From Dehalococcoidia bacterium (GTDB taxonomy: Bacteria; Chloroflexota; Dehalococcoidia; DSTF01; RBG-16-68-14): a stretch of 64,000 nucleotides of DNA. How positions within the stretch are numbered: position 1 is the stretch's first letter; the number at the start of each line of letters is the position of its first letter. The stretch covers positions 112,482-176,481 of the forward strand of contig JBBEBM010000004.1 in assembly GCA_040882355.1 (NCBI GenBank). The letters run 5' to 3'. Below the pieces are notes generated by a model. The model searched no databases. It saw only the letters and a program-made list of their open reading frames with translations, and was not told where the DNA came from. Positions 1 through 8,009 of this stretch are shown one piece after another. A program made the translations under genes and the position numbers.

Positions 1-117
1 CTCGCCACAACCGTACTTGGTCCCGGTCAGGCCGAGGTCAAAGCGCAGATAGCTGAGCAGGTTGCGCCGCGTGTCGGGCGCTTCGCGCGGCTGGCCGTTG
101 ACTTCCAGAGCAGGCAT
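1..117 (-). CDS. Partial (5' end only) [2Fe-2S]-binding subunit-like gene of a second molybdopterin-hydroxylase; start codon at 115-117, continues beyond the window start
   Basis: Reverse-complement translation of 1-117 gives MPALEVNGQPREAPDTRRNLLSYLRFDLGLTGTKYGCGE, the typical N-terminus of the CoxS/XdhA-type 2Fe-2S ferredoxin-like subunit (GTKxGCGEG motif). It lies 18 nt downstream of the CoxS-like gene on the same strand. Confidence 0.6.
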   Translation of the reverse strand, partial: MPALEVNGQPREAPDTRRNLLSYLRFDLGLTGTKYGCGE

Positions 118-134
118 CTCGCGCGTGTCGCGTC

Positions 135-635
135 TCAGCTTGCGCCGTCCGCCGCGGCGGCGATCGCGTCGACGATCTTCGTGTAGCCGGTGCAGCGGCA
201 GAGGTTGCCGGCGATGGCGGCGCGGATCTCCTCGCGTGATGGCTTCGGGTTGTGGTCGAGGAGCGTCTTGCCGGCCAGAATCATGCCCGGGATGCAGAAG
301 CCGCACTGGACCGCGCCCTTGTCGATGAACGCCTGCTGCACGGGGTGGAGCTCGCCGTCCTGCGCGAGGCCCTCGATGGTCGTGATCTCGCAGCCGTCCG
401 CCTGGGGCGCGAGCATCAGGCACGACGTGATCAGCCGTCCGTCGACGATCATCGAGCAGGCGCCGCAGTCGCCGGTGCCGCAGCCCTCCTTCGCGCCCGT
501 CAGGCGCAGGTCGTCGCGCACGACTTCGAGCAGCGTGCGGTTCGGGTCGATGTACGCCTCGCGAGAGCGTCCGTTGATCACGTAACGAACGGCGAGCTTC
601 TGGCTGGTCGGTTCGTCAACGCGTAGCAGGGTCAT
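135..635 (-). CDS. (2Fe-2S)-binding small subunit of a molybdopterin-dependent hydroxylase (CoxS/XdhA/CutS-like)
   Basis: 166 aa. Contains GCGTGDCGACS (plant-type 2Fe-2S) and CGFCIPG ... CRCTGY (second 2Fe-2S site), which are hallmark motifs of the aldehyde oxidase/xanthine dehydrogenase small subunit. Confidence 0.9.
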   Translation of the reverse strand: MTLLRVDEPTSQKLAVRYVINGRSREAYIDPNRTLLEVVRDDLRLTGAKEGCGTGDCGACSMIVDGRLITSCLMLAPQADGCEITTIEGLAQDGELHPVQQAFIDKGAVQCGFCIPGMILAGKTLLDHNPKPSREEIRAAIAGNLCRCTGYTKIVDAIAAAADGAS

Positions 636-737
636 GAGCAGTCCTTCTATCCTTATCAGTCGCGCGGTGACTGGAGCGGGCGCGAGAAGAGGGCCTTCAA
701 GAGCATGTCACCGACGCGAGGCTCCACGTTCTCCTCG

Positions 738-1121
738 TCAAACACGACGATCCCGAATGATGCTCCTCAGCCTGAGCGCTTCGACTGGAACGAGGCGCTC
801 AGCGACCGGGTCGACGGCAAGGAGCAATCCTTGAAGTGCGTCAGCCCCCAGCAGGGGTTCATCGCCCTCCTCGCCGATGGCGACGATGCGGATCGCGGAG
901 GTCCCGTCAAACCGGATCCAGGTCTGCCCGATCTCCTGGTCGAAGGTTCGGCCGTCCGCAAGGCGGAAACGGGCTCTTCGTAGCGGCTGGACGCCCAGCC
1001 GTTCTAGCATTGACCGTGGAACCACAGTGTAGGCCGATCCAGTGTCGACGGGCAGGGAGACCTTCTCCCAACGCTCTCCCTGCGGGTCGCCCACCTCGAC
1101 CTCGACGCTAAACGTGCTCAT
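738..1121 (-). CDS. Retropepsin-like (clan AA) aspartic protease domain protein
   Basis: 127 aa with VDTGSAYTVVP (a DTG active-site-like motif) and the overall pattern of bacterial retropepsin-like stand-alone proteases. Its start overlaps the stop of the upstream FAD-subunit gene by 4 nt (translational coupling). Confidence 0.6.
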   Translation of the reverse strand: MSTFSVEVEVGDPQGERWEKVSLPVDTGSAYTVVPRSMLERLGVQPLRRARFRLADGRTFDQEIGQTWIRFDGTSAIRIVAIGEEGDEPLLGADALQGLLLAVDPVAERLVPVEALRLRSIIRDRRV

Positions 1122-1996
1122 CGCTCAGCCCGCGCCCGCTCCAGGGCGATGCCCAGGCAGCGCTTCGTCATCGCGCCGACGAGGTAGCGCCGGAAGTCGG
1201 CCGAGCCGCGCACGTCCGAGATCGGCGTCGCCGCCGCCTGGGCGAGCTCCGCCGCGCGCGCGAACAGCTCGCCGGAGGGCGGCTGGCCGGTGAGCGCCTG
1301 CTCGGCTTCGGGCGCGCGGATTGGCGTCGGGGCGACGGCGCCCAGGCAGATGCGGGCTTCACTGATCGTGCCGCCGTCCGGCGAAAGCGTGAGCCGGACG
1401 CCCACACCGACGACCGCGATGTCCATGATCTTGCGCGGCGTGTGTCGCTGGTAGACGCTGCCCGTCTTGGGCGGGGGCGCGGGCAGGCGCAGCGCGACGA
1501 TGATCTCGCCGGGAGCGAGCGTGGTGCGGCCGGGCCCGGCGAACAGCTCGCCGACGGGCATTTCGCGCGTCCCGCCCGGCCCGACGATCTCGGCGACGGC
1601 GTCGAGCACGATGAGCGGCGGCACGGTGTCGGCGGAGGGCGCGGCGTTCGCGACGTTGCCGCCGAGGGTGGCCAGGTTGCGCGTCTGGGTGGAGCCGAGC
1701 ACCCCGGCGCCGTCCGCGAGGGCGGTGTAGCGCGAGCGAACGTCCGGGTGCGCGTCGACGTCCGCCGTGAGCGTGCCCGCGCCGATGCGCAGCCCGCCGG
1801 CCGGAGTGGACTCGATGCCGCGTAGCTCCGAGAGGGCGTGCAGGCTGACGACGGCGGAGGGGTGGAGGCCGGCCTCCTTCATCTGCACGAGCAGGTCCGT
1901 GCCGCCCGCGAGCAGCCGAACGCCGTCGCCTCGCTCCTCCAGCAGCGTGACGGCTTCGTCGAGCGATTGCGGCGCAAAGTACTCGAATCGACGCAT
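1118..1996 (-). CDS. FAD-binding subunit of a molybdopterin-dependent hydroxylase (CoxM/XdhB/CutM-like)
   Basis: 292 aa. LLAGGTDLLVQMK and ATLGGNVANAAP motifs are typical of the FAD-binding PCMH-type domain of CO dehydrogenase/xanthine dehydrogenase medium subunits. The order FAD subunit then Fe-S subunit matches such operons. Confidence 0.85.
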   Translation of the reverse strand: MRRFEYFAPQSLDEAVTLLEERGDGVRLLAGGTDLLVQMKEAGLHPSAVVSLHALSELRGIESTPAGGLRIGAGTLTADVDAHPDVRSRYTALADGAGVLGSTQTRNLATLGGNVANAAPSADTVPPLIVLDAVAEIVGPGGTREMPVGELFAGPGRTTLAPGEIIVALRLPAPPPKTGSVYQRHTPRKIMDIAVVGVGVRLTLSPDGGTISEARICLGAVAPTPIRAPEAEQALTGQPPSGELFARAAELAQAAATPISDVRGSADFRRYLVGAMTKRCLGIALERARAER

Positions 1997-2060
1997 GGCG
2001 CGCGCCTATTGTAGCGCACCCCTACCCGTACGTGAAGGTTAGGGAACGGTTACACGGGCC

Positions 2061-3050
2061 TTGACGAGGCTCCAGCCGATAAACTACAGTAGGGAACCCA
2101 TGACAGGACAAGACCCAAGCTGGTTTGAGTTTACGGTGTACGATACCGAGGGCGATGGCATTGAGATTCCCAAACTCGCCCGCCTGCTGGAAGACATCTC
2201 GGCAGCCTTTTACTCGATAGCCCGTGCCAAGATCGGAGCGGCAGGGTCCCGGGCCGGGCGACGAACCATCGCTGAGGAGACGATCGGCGGAGCCAGAGTT
2301 CTCCGCGTTTTGCCAGGGAGCGCCCGAATCGAGTTGGCCCCTCCCGTAAGTGCAGCCCAAGCCCAGCTTCCCCTCTTGGACGAGCCTACGGCCGACGACG
2401 TCGCATTCGAGTTCTATGAAGAGATCCGTAATATCGAGGCAGGCAGACCGGCTGCTGAGGAACGCTGGGATGTTCGGCGGCGTCTCCGAACGGTGATTGA
2501 GCACGCGGCCGAGATTGGGTCGCGAGCCGAGATCAAGTATCGGCCCCTGGTGCGCGGGCCCAATTTCCCACAGGACGCCGTTCTGATAACCAGTTTTCGA
2601 ACCAAGGAGTTGCCGTCTGAGGCGCCTGTTCGTCGTTCGAACCGTAGTCGGCGCGTCTCTGGTCACGCGTACATGGTCGACGTGGAACCTGGTAGACAGC
2701 GCCTGAGGCTGAAGCTACCGGATGGCAGAGACCTCACCGTCGAGGTCGATGGGGCTTTGGCCGCAAGGATTCCCGCCGCATTGGATCATGTGGTCGAAAT
2801 CGATGTCCAGGAGGAATTCGAAGGCGAGGTCTCCACCAGTCGGATGGCCCGCAATATCGACATCTTGGCATCGTCTGGCCGCGGAAGCGACAAGCCGCCG
2901 AAGTCTGTAGAGGAGCTTGAACGCGAACAGAATCTCCCTGCTGAGCGGCCGGACTATGTCTCACTGGCAACCACGATTTGGGAAACGGAGGATGAGGTGA
3001 CCCAGTTCGAGGAGCACATACGACAGGTCCGTCAGGCCAGTACAGCCTAG
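2061..3050 (+). CDS. Hypothetical protein, no recognisable domain; upstream partner of a PIN-like gene in a lower-GC islet (possible alternative start at 2097)
   Basis: 329-aa ORF whose GC (~58-60%) is lower than the flanking ~70%. It is 11 bp upstream of the PIN-like ORF on the same strand. No motif recognised by eye. Confidence 0.5.
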   Translation: MTRLQPINYSREPMTGQDPSWFEFTVYDTEGDGIEIPKLARLLEDISAAFYSIARAKIGAAGSRAGRRTIAEETIGGARVLRVLPGSARIELAPPVSAAQAQLPLLDEPTADDVAFEFYEEIRNIEAGRPAAEERWDVRRRLRTVIEHAAEIGSRAEIKYRPLVRGPNFPQDAVLITSFRTKELPSEAPVRRSNRSRRVSGHAYMVDVEPGRQRLRLKLPDGRDLTVEVDGALAARIPAALDHVVEIDVQEEFEGEVSTSRMARNIDILASSGRGSDKPPKSVEELEREQNLPAERPDYVSLATTIWETEDEVTQFEEHIRQVRQASTA

Positions 3051-3061
3051 CCTCCAAATCG

Positions 3062-3505
3062 ATGGCGGACTACGTCGTTGCGGATACTACCCTTTTCGCC
3101 CATTTGACCAAGGCGAGTCGGCATTCCGCATCCTACGAGCGAATGCTCGGTGGACGCCGCCTCGCGGCTTCCTTCCAGACGCCACCAGAGCTACTCAGTG
3201 CTGGCTATGGTGTCAAGAGACAACAGCGGGTTGACGATCTTCTGATCGTCACTCTGAAGCTACCGCATTCAGAGGCGACCGACGTTTGGTATGGTCGGGT
3301 CGCCGAACGGCGGAGGGCACTGAAGAAGTGGGCTCAGCCCGGTAGCGACGCCTCGGATGCCGACATGTGGATCATAAGCTCCGCGCTAGAATACGGGTTC
3401 CCACTGTTCAGCCACGACAAGCAGCAGGTCCAGCTTGGCAGGGCCATGGGCCTCCGAGTGCTCACCAGTCTCGACGGGCTAAAGGACGATAATCCCACGA
3501 TCTAG
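3062..3505 (+). CDS. PIN-domain-like putative ribonuclease
   Basis: 147 aa. N-terminal VVADTTLF (the conserved Asp of PIN), and C-terminal DADMWIISSALEYGFPLFSHDKQ, which resembles the VapC D-x-D ... hh-T-x-D acidic-quartet region. Confidence 0.5.
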   Translation: MADYVVADTTLFAHLTKASRHSASYERMLGGRRLAASFQTPPELLSAGYGVKRQQRVDDLLIVTLKLPHSEATDVWYGRVAERRRALKKWAQPGSDASDADMWIISSALEYGFPLFSHDKQQVQLGRAMGLRVLTSLDGLKDDNPTI

Positions 3506-3539
3506 CCAAGACAGCCCGCCAGCCTCCAGCTTCCAGCGT

Positions 3540-4064
3540 CTAGCTCTGAAGTTGAGCGTGCTCCATCAGCCAAGCGACGTGCTCCGCGTAGTGCTCGTAG
3601 GTGTTGCCGGCGATCCACTTCACGATCGGCGCGCCGCTGTCCTTGCCAGGCTCGTTCGGCTGGTAATGAGAGTACGTCTTGAACAAGTCCGCGTCGGTGA
3701 GCGCGGCGAGCAGATCCTGCTGCGTCTGGCGGAACTCGGCGAGCACGTCCGCCAGCGATAGGTCCTTGCCGTGCTCGTGGACGGCGGCGTTGATCCCGTC
3801 CGTTCCGGCGGTCAGGTACGTCCGCTCATCCACGCCCATGGCCTCGTAGCGCGGCCGGCGTCGCAGCAGGGCGGCGATTCCCCGCTCCCATGCCGCGAGG
3901 TGAGCGAGGTGGTCCTTCACCGACCAGCCCTCGTATGGGCCTGGCGCGACGAGCTGCGCATCGGTCAAGCGGGAGATGGTCTCGTCCAACGCCGCCCGCG
4001 CCGCTTCGATGCGCTCGATCAGCGCCGTCTTGTCTTGCGGCAGGCGCTGCGTGAGGTCGGTCAT
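3540..4064 (-). CDS. DinB/ClbS-like four-helix-bundle protein (DUF1706/DinB_2 family)
   Basis: 174 aa. WSVKDHLAHLAAWE ... YEHYAEH resembles the ClbS/DfsB and DinB_2 metal-binding histidine pattern. Confidence 0.65.
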   Translation of the reverse strand: MTDLTQRLPQDKTALIERIEAARAALDETISRLTDAQLVAPGPYEGWSVKDHLAHLAAWERGIAALLRRRPRYEAMGVDERTYLTAGTDGINAAVHEHGKDLSLADVLAEFRQTQQDLLAALTDADLFKTYSHYQPNEPGKDSGAPIVKWIAGNTYEHYAEHVAWLMEHAQLQS

Positions 4065-4456
4065 CGCCCGCCCTCTCCGCTGCTCTTGCGCGCGTAATCG
4101 TCGAGCGCGCCATGGAGCGCATCCGCGGCCAGCACGGAGGCGTGGAGCTTGCTTGGCGGCAGGCCGCCCAGCGCCTCGACGAGCGCCTCGCGCGTGAGCG
4201 CGGCTGCCTCCTCCAGCGACATGCCGCGCGCCAGCTCGCTGAGCAGGCTGCTGGCCGCGATCGACGCTGCGCAGCCGTCCGACTGCCAGCGCGCCTCCTC
4301 GATGCGCGCGCCTTCGATGCGCAGCATGAGCAGCAGCGTGTCGCCGCAGACAGGGTTCGTCATGTAGCCGATCGCGTTCGCATCGTCGAGCGCTCCGCTG
4401 TTGCGCGGCCGCTCGAAGTGATCCATGACGATCTCGGAGTAGCCCTCGCTCGTCAC
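4061..4456 (-). CDS. sufU: SufU/IscU-like Fe-S cluster assembly scaffold (NifU N-terminal domain), probable GTG start
   Basis: In-frame YSEIVMDHFERPRNSGALDDANAIGYMTNPVCGDTLLLMLRIEG ... SDGCAASIAASSLL matches the SufU/IscU conserved Cys-containing segments. The track ORF has an Arg-rich N-terminal extension that is probably spurious. The GTG at 4454-4456 overlaps the stop of the upstream peroxiredoxin gene (GTGA). Confidence 0.75.
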   Translation of the reverse strand: MTSEGYSEIVMDHFERPRNSGALDDANAIGYMTNPVCGDTLLLMLRIEGARIEEARWQSDGCAASIAASSLLSELARGMSLEEAAALTREALVEALGGLPPSKLHASVLAADALHGALDDYARKSSGEGGR

Positions 4457-4926
4457 AGCTCGATCCCCAACGCGCGGAACGCCTCCTCCAACTGGGAGAG
4501 GCTGTTCGGGCTGAACGGGTTCGCGGCGTAAGAGATCGTGCCGTCTTGCTCGACGACGAAGAGCGCCCGGCGCGAGCGATGCGGGTCGTCCTCGGCGAGG
4601 GCGTCGTAGGCGCGGGCGGCGCTCAGGTCCGCGTCCGATGCGAGCGCGAAGGGGACGCCGCCCAGGCGCTCGGCGAACGCGCGGTGCGATTCGACGCTGT
4701 CCGCGCTCACGGCGATGACGCCGGCGCCCACCTCGCACAGCGCGTCGTGCGCGTCCTTCAGCGCTGCGATCTCGGTCGAGCACGTGGGCGTGGCGTCCTC
4801 GAAGTAGAAGGCCAGCAGCACGCGGCCCTGGAGCAGCCGGTCGGGCAGGCGCACGTCGCCGTCCGTGCCCGGCAGGACGAAGTCGGGCGCCTTGTCGCCG
4901 GCGCTAGGCATCGTCGCCCGCCGCAA
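4453..4926 (-). CDS. Peroxiredoxin (Bcp/AhpC-TSA family thiol peroxidase)
   Basis: 157 aa. FYFEDATPTCSTE has the peroxidatic Cys in a T-P-x-C context and the protein has a thioredoxin-fold layout. Confidence 0.85.
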   Translation of the reverse strand: MRRATMPSAGDKAPDFVLPGTDGDVRLPDRLLQGRVLLAFYFEDATPTCSTEIAALKDAHDALCEVGAGVIAVSADSVESHRAFAERLGGVPFALASDADLSAARAYDALAEDDPHRSRRALFVVEQDGTISYAANPFSPNSLSQLEEAFRALGIEL

Positions 4927-6070
4927 ACCCCAACAGATCGCCCGGCTCGACGCCCTTGCGCTGGGCGAGGACGCGGATGCGCCCCAGCCCGGCCGGGTCG
5001 ATCAGCTCCTGCACGGCGCGCCTGCGCGCGTAGTACTCCTCGAGCGCGTCCGGCGATTCGCGCGCGACGCTGTCCACCCCCGCGCCGATGCCCAGGCTCG
5101 CGAGGAAACGCGCCTGCGTCGTGAGGCCGGCCGTGGCCAGGCCATGCCCTTCGCCGGCGCGCATCAGCGTCGTGAAGTCGACGTGGGCCGTGATGTCCTG
5201 CTTGCCGATGCGCGCGTAGGGGTCGGTGCTGGGGTTGTGGCGATAGAAGCAGAGCAGCGTGCCGTCGCGGCGCCAGGGCGCGTAGAGTTCGCGCGCCGGG
5301 TAGCCGTAATCGAACGTGAGGACGAAGCCGCGACCGAGCGATCGCGCGGCCTGCGCCATCCAATCGACGGCCTGGAGGTTGACCTCGGCCACGCAGCCTT
5401 CGCCGGGCGACAGGCCGAGATCGGCGAAGTACCGCGCAATGCCGTTCGTCGAGAGCGGGCGGAGCTGCGCCTCGAACCGGCCGCCGTCGTGCGAGACATA
5501 TACCTCAAGCAGGTTGCCGTTCGTCTGGGTGACGCGGTGCACCGGGAAGGCGTCGATCAGCTCGTTGCTCAGCAGGCAGCCCTCGATGCTGTCCGGAAGG
5601 TGGTCTAGCCACTCGACGTTAGGCGGCGGCGAAAGCTGCGCCAGCGTCTCCTCCTGTCGCCGGCTGAGCGCCGCGCTGATCTCGACGATGCGATAGTGCA
5701 GCGCCCCCGCGAAGTCCGGCGCCCGCGTCTGCGCCCAACGGAGGATGTCGCGGGCGAGCAGGCCGGTGCCCGCCCCCTGCTCGACGACGTCGAAGGGCGC
5801 CGGGCGGCCCATCAGCTCCCAGCACTGCGCCTGCTGCTTCGCCACCAGCGCTCCGAAGATCGGGTGCACCTCGGGGCTGGTGAGGTAGTCGCCCTGGCGG
5901 CCCATCGGCTCGCGCGTCACATAGTAGCCGAGCTGTGGGTGGTAGAGCGCCGTCTCCATGAAGTCGTGAAACGTGATCGCGCCTTCCGCGTGGATGCGCC
6001 TGCGCAGCAGCTCGACCAGCGCAGCGCTCTCGGTCGCGGCTTCGAAGTCGTCCGTGGCCCCGTAGCTCAT
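4904..6070 (-). CDS. SAM-dependent methyltransferase, MidA/NDUFAF7 (DUF185) family
   Basis: YYVTREPMGRQGDYLTSPEVHPIFGALVA ... VVEQGAGTGLLARDIL is typical of the MidA family. The likely true start is the internal MSYGATDDF; upstream of it is a Pro-rich extension. Confidence 0.8.
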   Translation of the reverse strand: MSYGATDDFEAATESAALVELLRRRIHAEGAITFHDFMETALYHPQLGYYVTREPMGRQGDYLTSPEVHPIFGALVAKQQAQCWELMGRPAPFDVVEQGAGTGLLARDILRWAQTRAPDFAGALHYRIVEISAALSRRQEETLAQLSPPPNVEWLDHLPDSIEGCLLSNELIDAFPVHRVTQTNGNLLEVYVSHDGGRFEAQLRPLSTNGIARYFADLGLSPGEGCVAEVNLQAVDWMAQAARSLGRGFVLTFDYGYPARELYAPWRRDGTLLCFYRHNPSTDPYARIGKQDITAHVDFTTLMRAGEGHGLATAGLTTQARFLASLGIGAGVDSVARESPDALEEYYARRRAVQELIDPAGLGRIRVLAQRKGVEPGDLLGFAAGDDA

Positions 6071-6173
6071 GGCTGCTCCATGGTAGCGAACGGGCGGAGG
6101 AGGCGGCGGAGAGTTCATGCAATGGCAACGCATCGGTAACAGGGACGTAAAGCTGACCCGTTAGGCTGGAAGC

Positions 6174-6554
6174 ATGAGCAATCGAATCATCCTCGGCAAC
6201 CTGGAGATCGAACGGGGCCGCCTCGAAGCCTGGGCCGACGGCCGGCGGGTCGACCTCACGCTCGTCGAGTTCAGGCTCCTCCGCGAGATCGCGGCGGACC
6301 CGAACCGAGTCGTTTCGCGTCAGCGACTGCTGGAGATCGTGCGGTCCGGCTCGCCGGCCGCGAAGGACCGCGCGCTGACCACGCAGATGTCGCGGCTGCG
6401 GAAGAAGATCGCCGCAAGCCGGCCGTGGCGCATCGAGGCGGTGACGAAGCGCGGCTACGCGCTGAGGAACACGCTGCGAGAGCCTCGCCTGCCGATGTTC
6501 GTGCTCGCGCACGCCCCGGTGACGCACACCCGGGCGTTAGTGGAGGGCCGATAG
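6174..6554 (+). CDS. Stand-alone winged-helix transcriptional regulator (OmpR/PhoB-type trans_reg_C DNA-binding domain)
   Basis: 126 aa. LTLVEFRLLREIAADPNRVVSRQRLLEIV ... LTTQMSRLRKKI matches the OmpR C-terminal effector domain. There is no receiver domain. Confidence 0.6.
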   Translation: MSNRIILGNLEIERGRLEAWADGRRVDLTLVEFRLLREIAADPNRVVSRQRLLEIVRSGSPAAKDRALTTQMSRLRKKIAASRPWRIEAVTKRGYALRNTLREPRLPMFVLAHAPVTHTRALVEGR

Positions 6555-6754
6555 TGATGCTGCGTTGTTCCCGTGTCTCCCGGCGAACCTGGCGCCTGAT
6601 GGGGCCGGGCGCCCGCGACCAGCCGTAGCAGGCGGGTTCTCGGGTGTAGACGACAACGGAGAGAGCAGGCAGCGCACTTCCCCGCCACCGGTGCCCGCCG
6701 CCTGCTCTCTTCGCGTGTTGGGCGCCGGTCGTGCCTCCGGCGCGGGGCAGGTGC

Positions 6755-7951
6755 TCAGTGGGCGATGGCCGGGATGGGTTCGCGGGCTGGCGGGAATATT
6801 GGAACCTTCATGAACGTGAAGATGAGGCCGGCGTACCATTCCTGATCTGGCTTGCTCGGCAGATTGGTGAAGGCAGTGCATCTGCCGTTGACTTCGTCGA
6901 CGAAGTCGAAGCGCAACTGCGGGCAGTCGCGGCAGGCCCACGCCTGCGGCGGTTCTGCGCTCCGGAACGCGGTCGCCATTCGTGCTGCCACCGCGTCGAC
7001 CTTCTGGAGTTCGATTGGGGTCCATGCACAATCGAGCCGCTCGAAGACACCAGCACGCAGGCCGCCATTCTGGCCCGCATTCTTCAGGAACAGGCCCCCA
7101 ACCCACTGGGCCCACACGCCCGACACGTTCCGGACGAGTTGCCAGCGGCGGCCGTCTTCGTCCAGCCACTCAAGCTTGACCAGTCCCGTATTTCGAAAGG
7201 TCCAGCCGCCGAGCAGCGCGGCGCCCTCCGGCACGTCGTACAGTGACGCCCATTCGGTCCGCGCATTGTCCGGGTTCAGCTCCCGCCAGTTGAGCGGCAA
7301 GTAGCACGAGAGCGTGAGGAGCACATCGTTGCTGCCTTGCTGGGACGCCCACCATCGAAGGGCCGCGTTGATCACCATCGTCATCGGCCACAGGAAGAGC
7401 AGGGCGGCGAACAGCGTATAGTAGAGGACCTGCGCGACCATGAGGTGGCCTGACATGGCGATCAGCAACGTGACACCTACCAACGCCGCGAACAAACCCA
7501 TGATGACGAGGAGCATCACGCCCATCTGCGAAAAGAAGAGGCGGCTTAGTCTCACGCCCGCGCTCTTGTAGAGGTCGAAGAGGACGTAGAGCCCCAGGGG
7601 GAGCAGCGGGATTCCAACGTCAGTCTGCCTGAAGTGAGGGTCGCCAATCTTCGCGAAGAGAGCAGCGAGGCCGACGAGGGCGCACATGATCCCGCCGAGG
7701 TTCAGCGCGATCGCGCGTACTTCGCGGCCCGCCGCGCTGCTCGGCCGGGCGATTCTCAGGCCGATGAACAGGAGCACGATGGGCACCGGTGCAATGAGGC
7801 TGTTGGTGATCGTGAGCGCGATCGTAAGCGGCACCCCGCCCTCCGGCCAGCCTCCGATGCCGAGATGAGGCAGCACCCGCCAGCCGAGCTTCGCGACCAC
7901 GGCTAAGGCCACCGCTCCGAAGATGAGGGCTTGGGCTCTCGTTAGCCGCAT
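6755..7951 (-). CDS. Polytopic membrane protein of unknown function with a conserved Cys-containing C-terminal soluble domain (paralog 1)
   Basis: 398 aa. About 6 hydrophobic helices in the first ~200 aa, then a ~190-aa hydrophilic domain with DCAW, CRDC and CTAF motifs. Paralogous to 8010-9191. Confidence 0.7.
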   Translation of the reverse strand: MRLTRAQALIFGAVALAVVAKLGWRVLPHLGIGGWPEGGVPLTIALTITNSLIAPVPIVLLFIGLRIARPSSAAGREVRAIALNLGGIMCALVGLAALFAKIGDPHFRQTDVGIPLLPLGLYVLFDLYKSAGVRLSRLFFSQMGVMLLVIMGLFAALVGVTLLIAMSGHLMVAQVLYYTLFAALLFLWPMTMVINAALRWWASQQGSNDVLLTLSCYLPLNWRELNPDNARTEWASLYDVPEGAALLGGWTFRNTGLVKLEWLDEDGRRWQLVRNVSGVWAQWVGGLFLKNAGQNGGLRAGVFERLDCAWTPIELQKVDAVAARMATAFRSAEPPQAWACRDCPQLRFDFVDEVNGRCTAFTNLPSKPDQEWYAGLIFTFMKVPIFPPAREPIPAIAH

Positions 7952-8009
7952 CGTCGTACCTCCATCGCTATGCTCGGCAGGCGACGCCTTTTCGCAGCGA
8001 CGCTGACCG

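Noticed and set aside
4456-4783. N-terminal 110-codon extension of the sufU ORF
   Set aside because: Extremely Arg-rich with no homology. The conserved SufU N-terminus begins at the GTG at 4454-4456, which also gives the classic stop-start overlap with the upstream gene.
6537-7304. Overlapping ORFs (210, 171 and 150 aa) around 6537-7304 on both strands
   Set aside because: They are antisense or out of frame with the well-supported membrane protein gene 6755-7951, and their translations are low-complexity.
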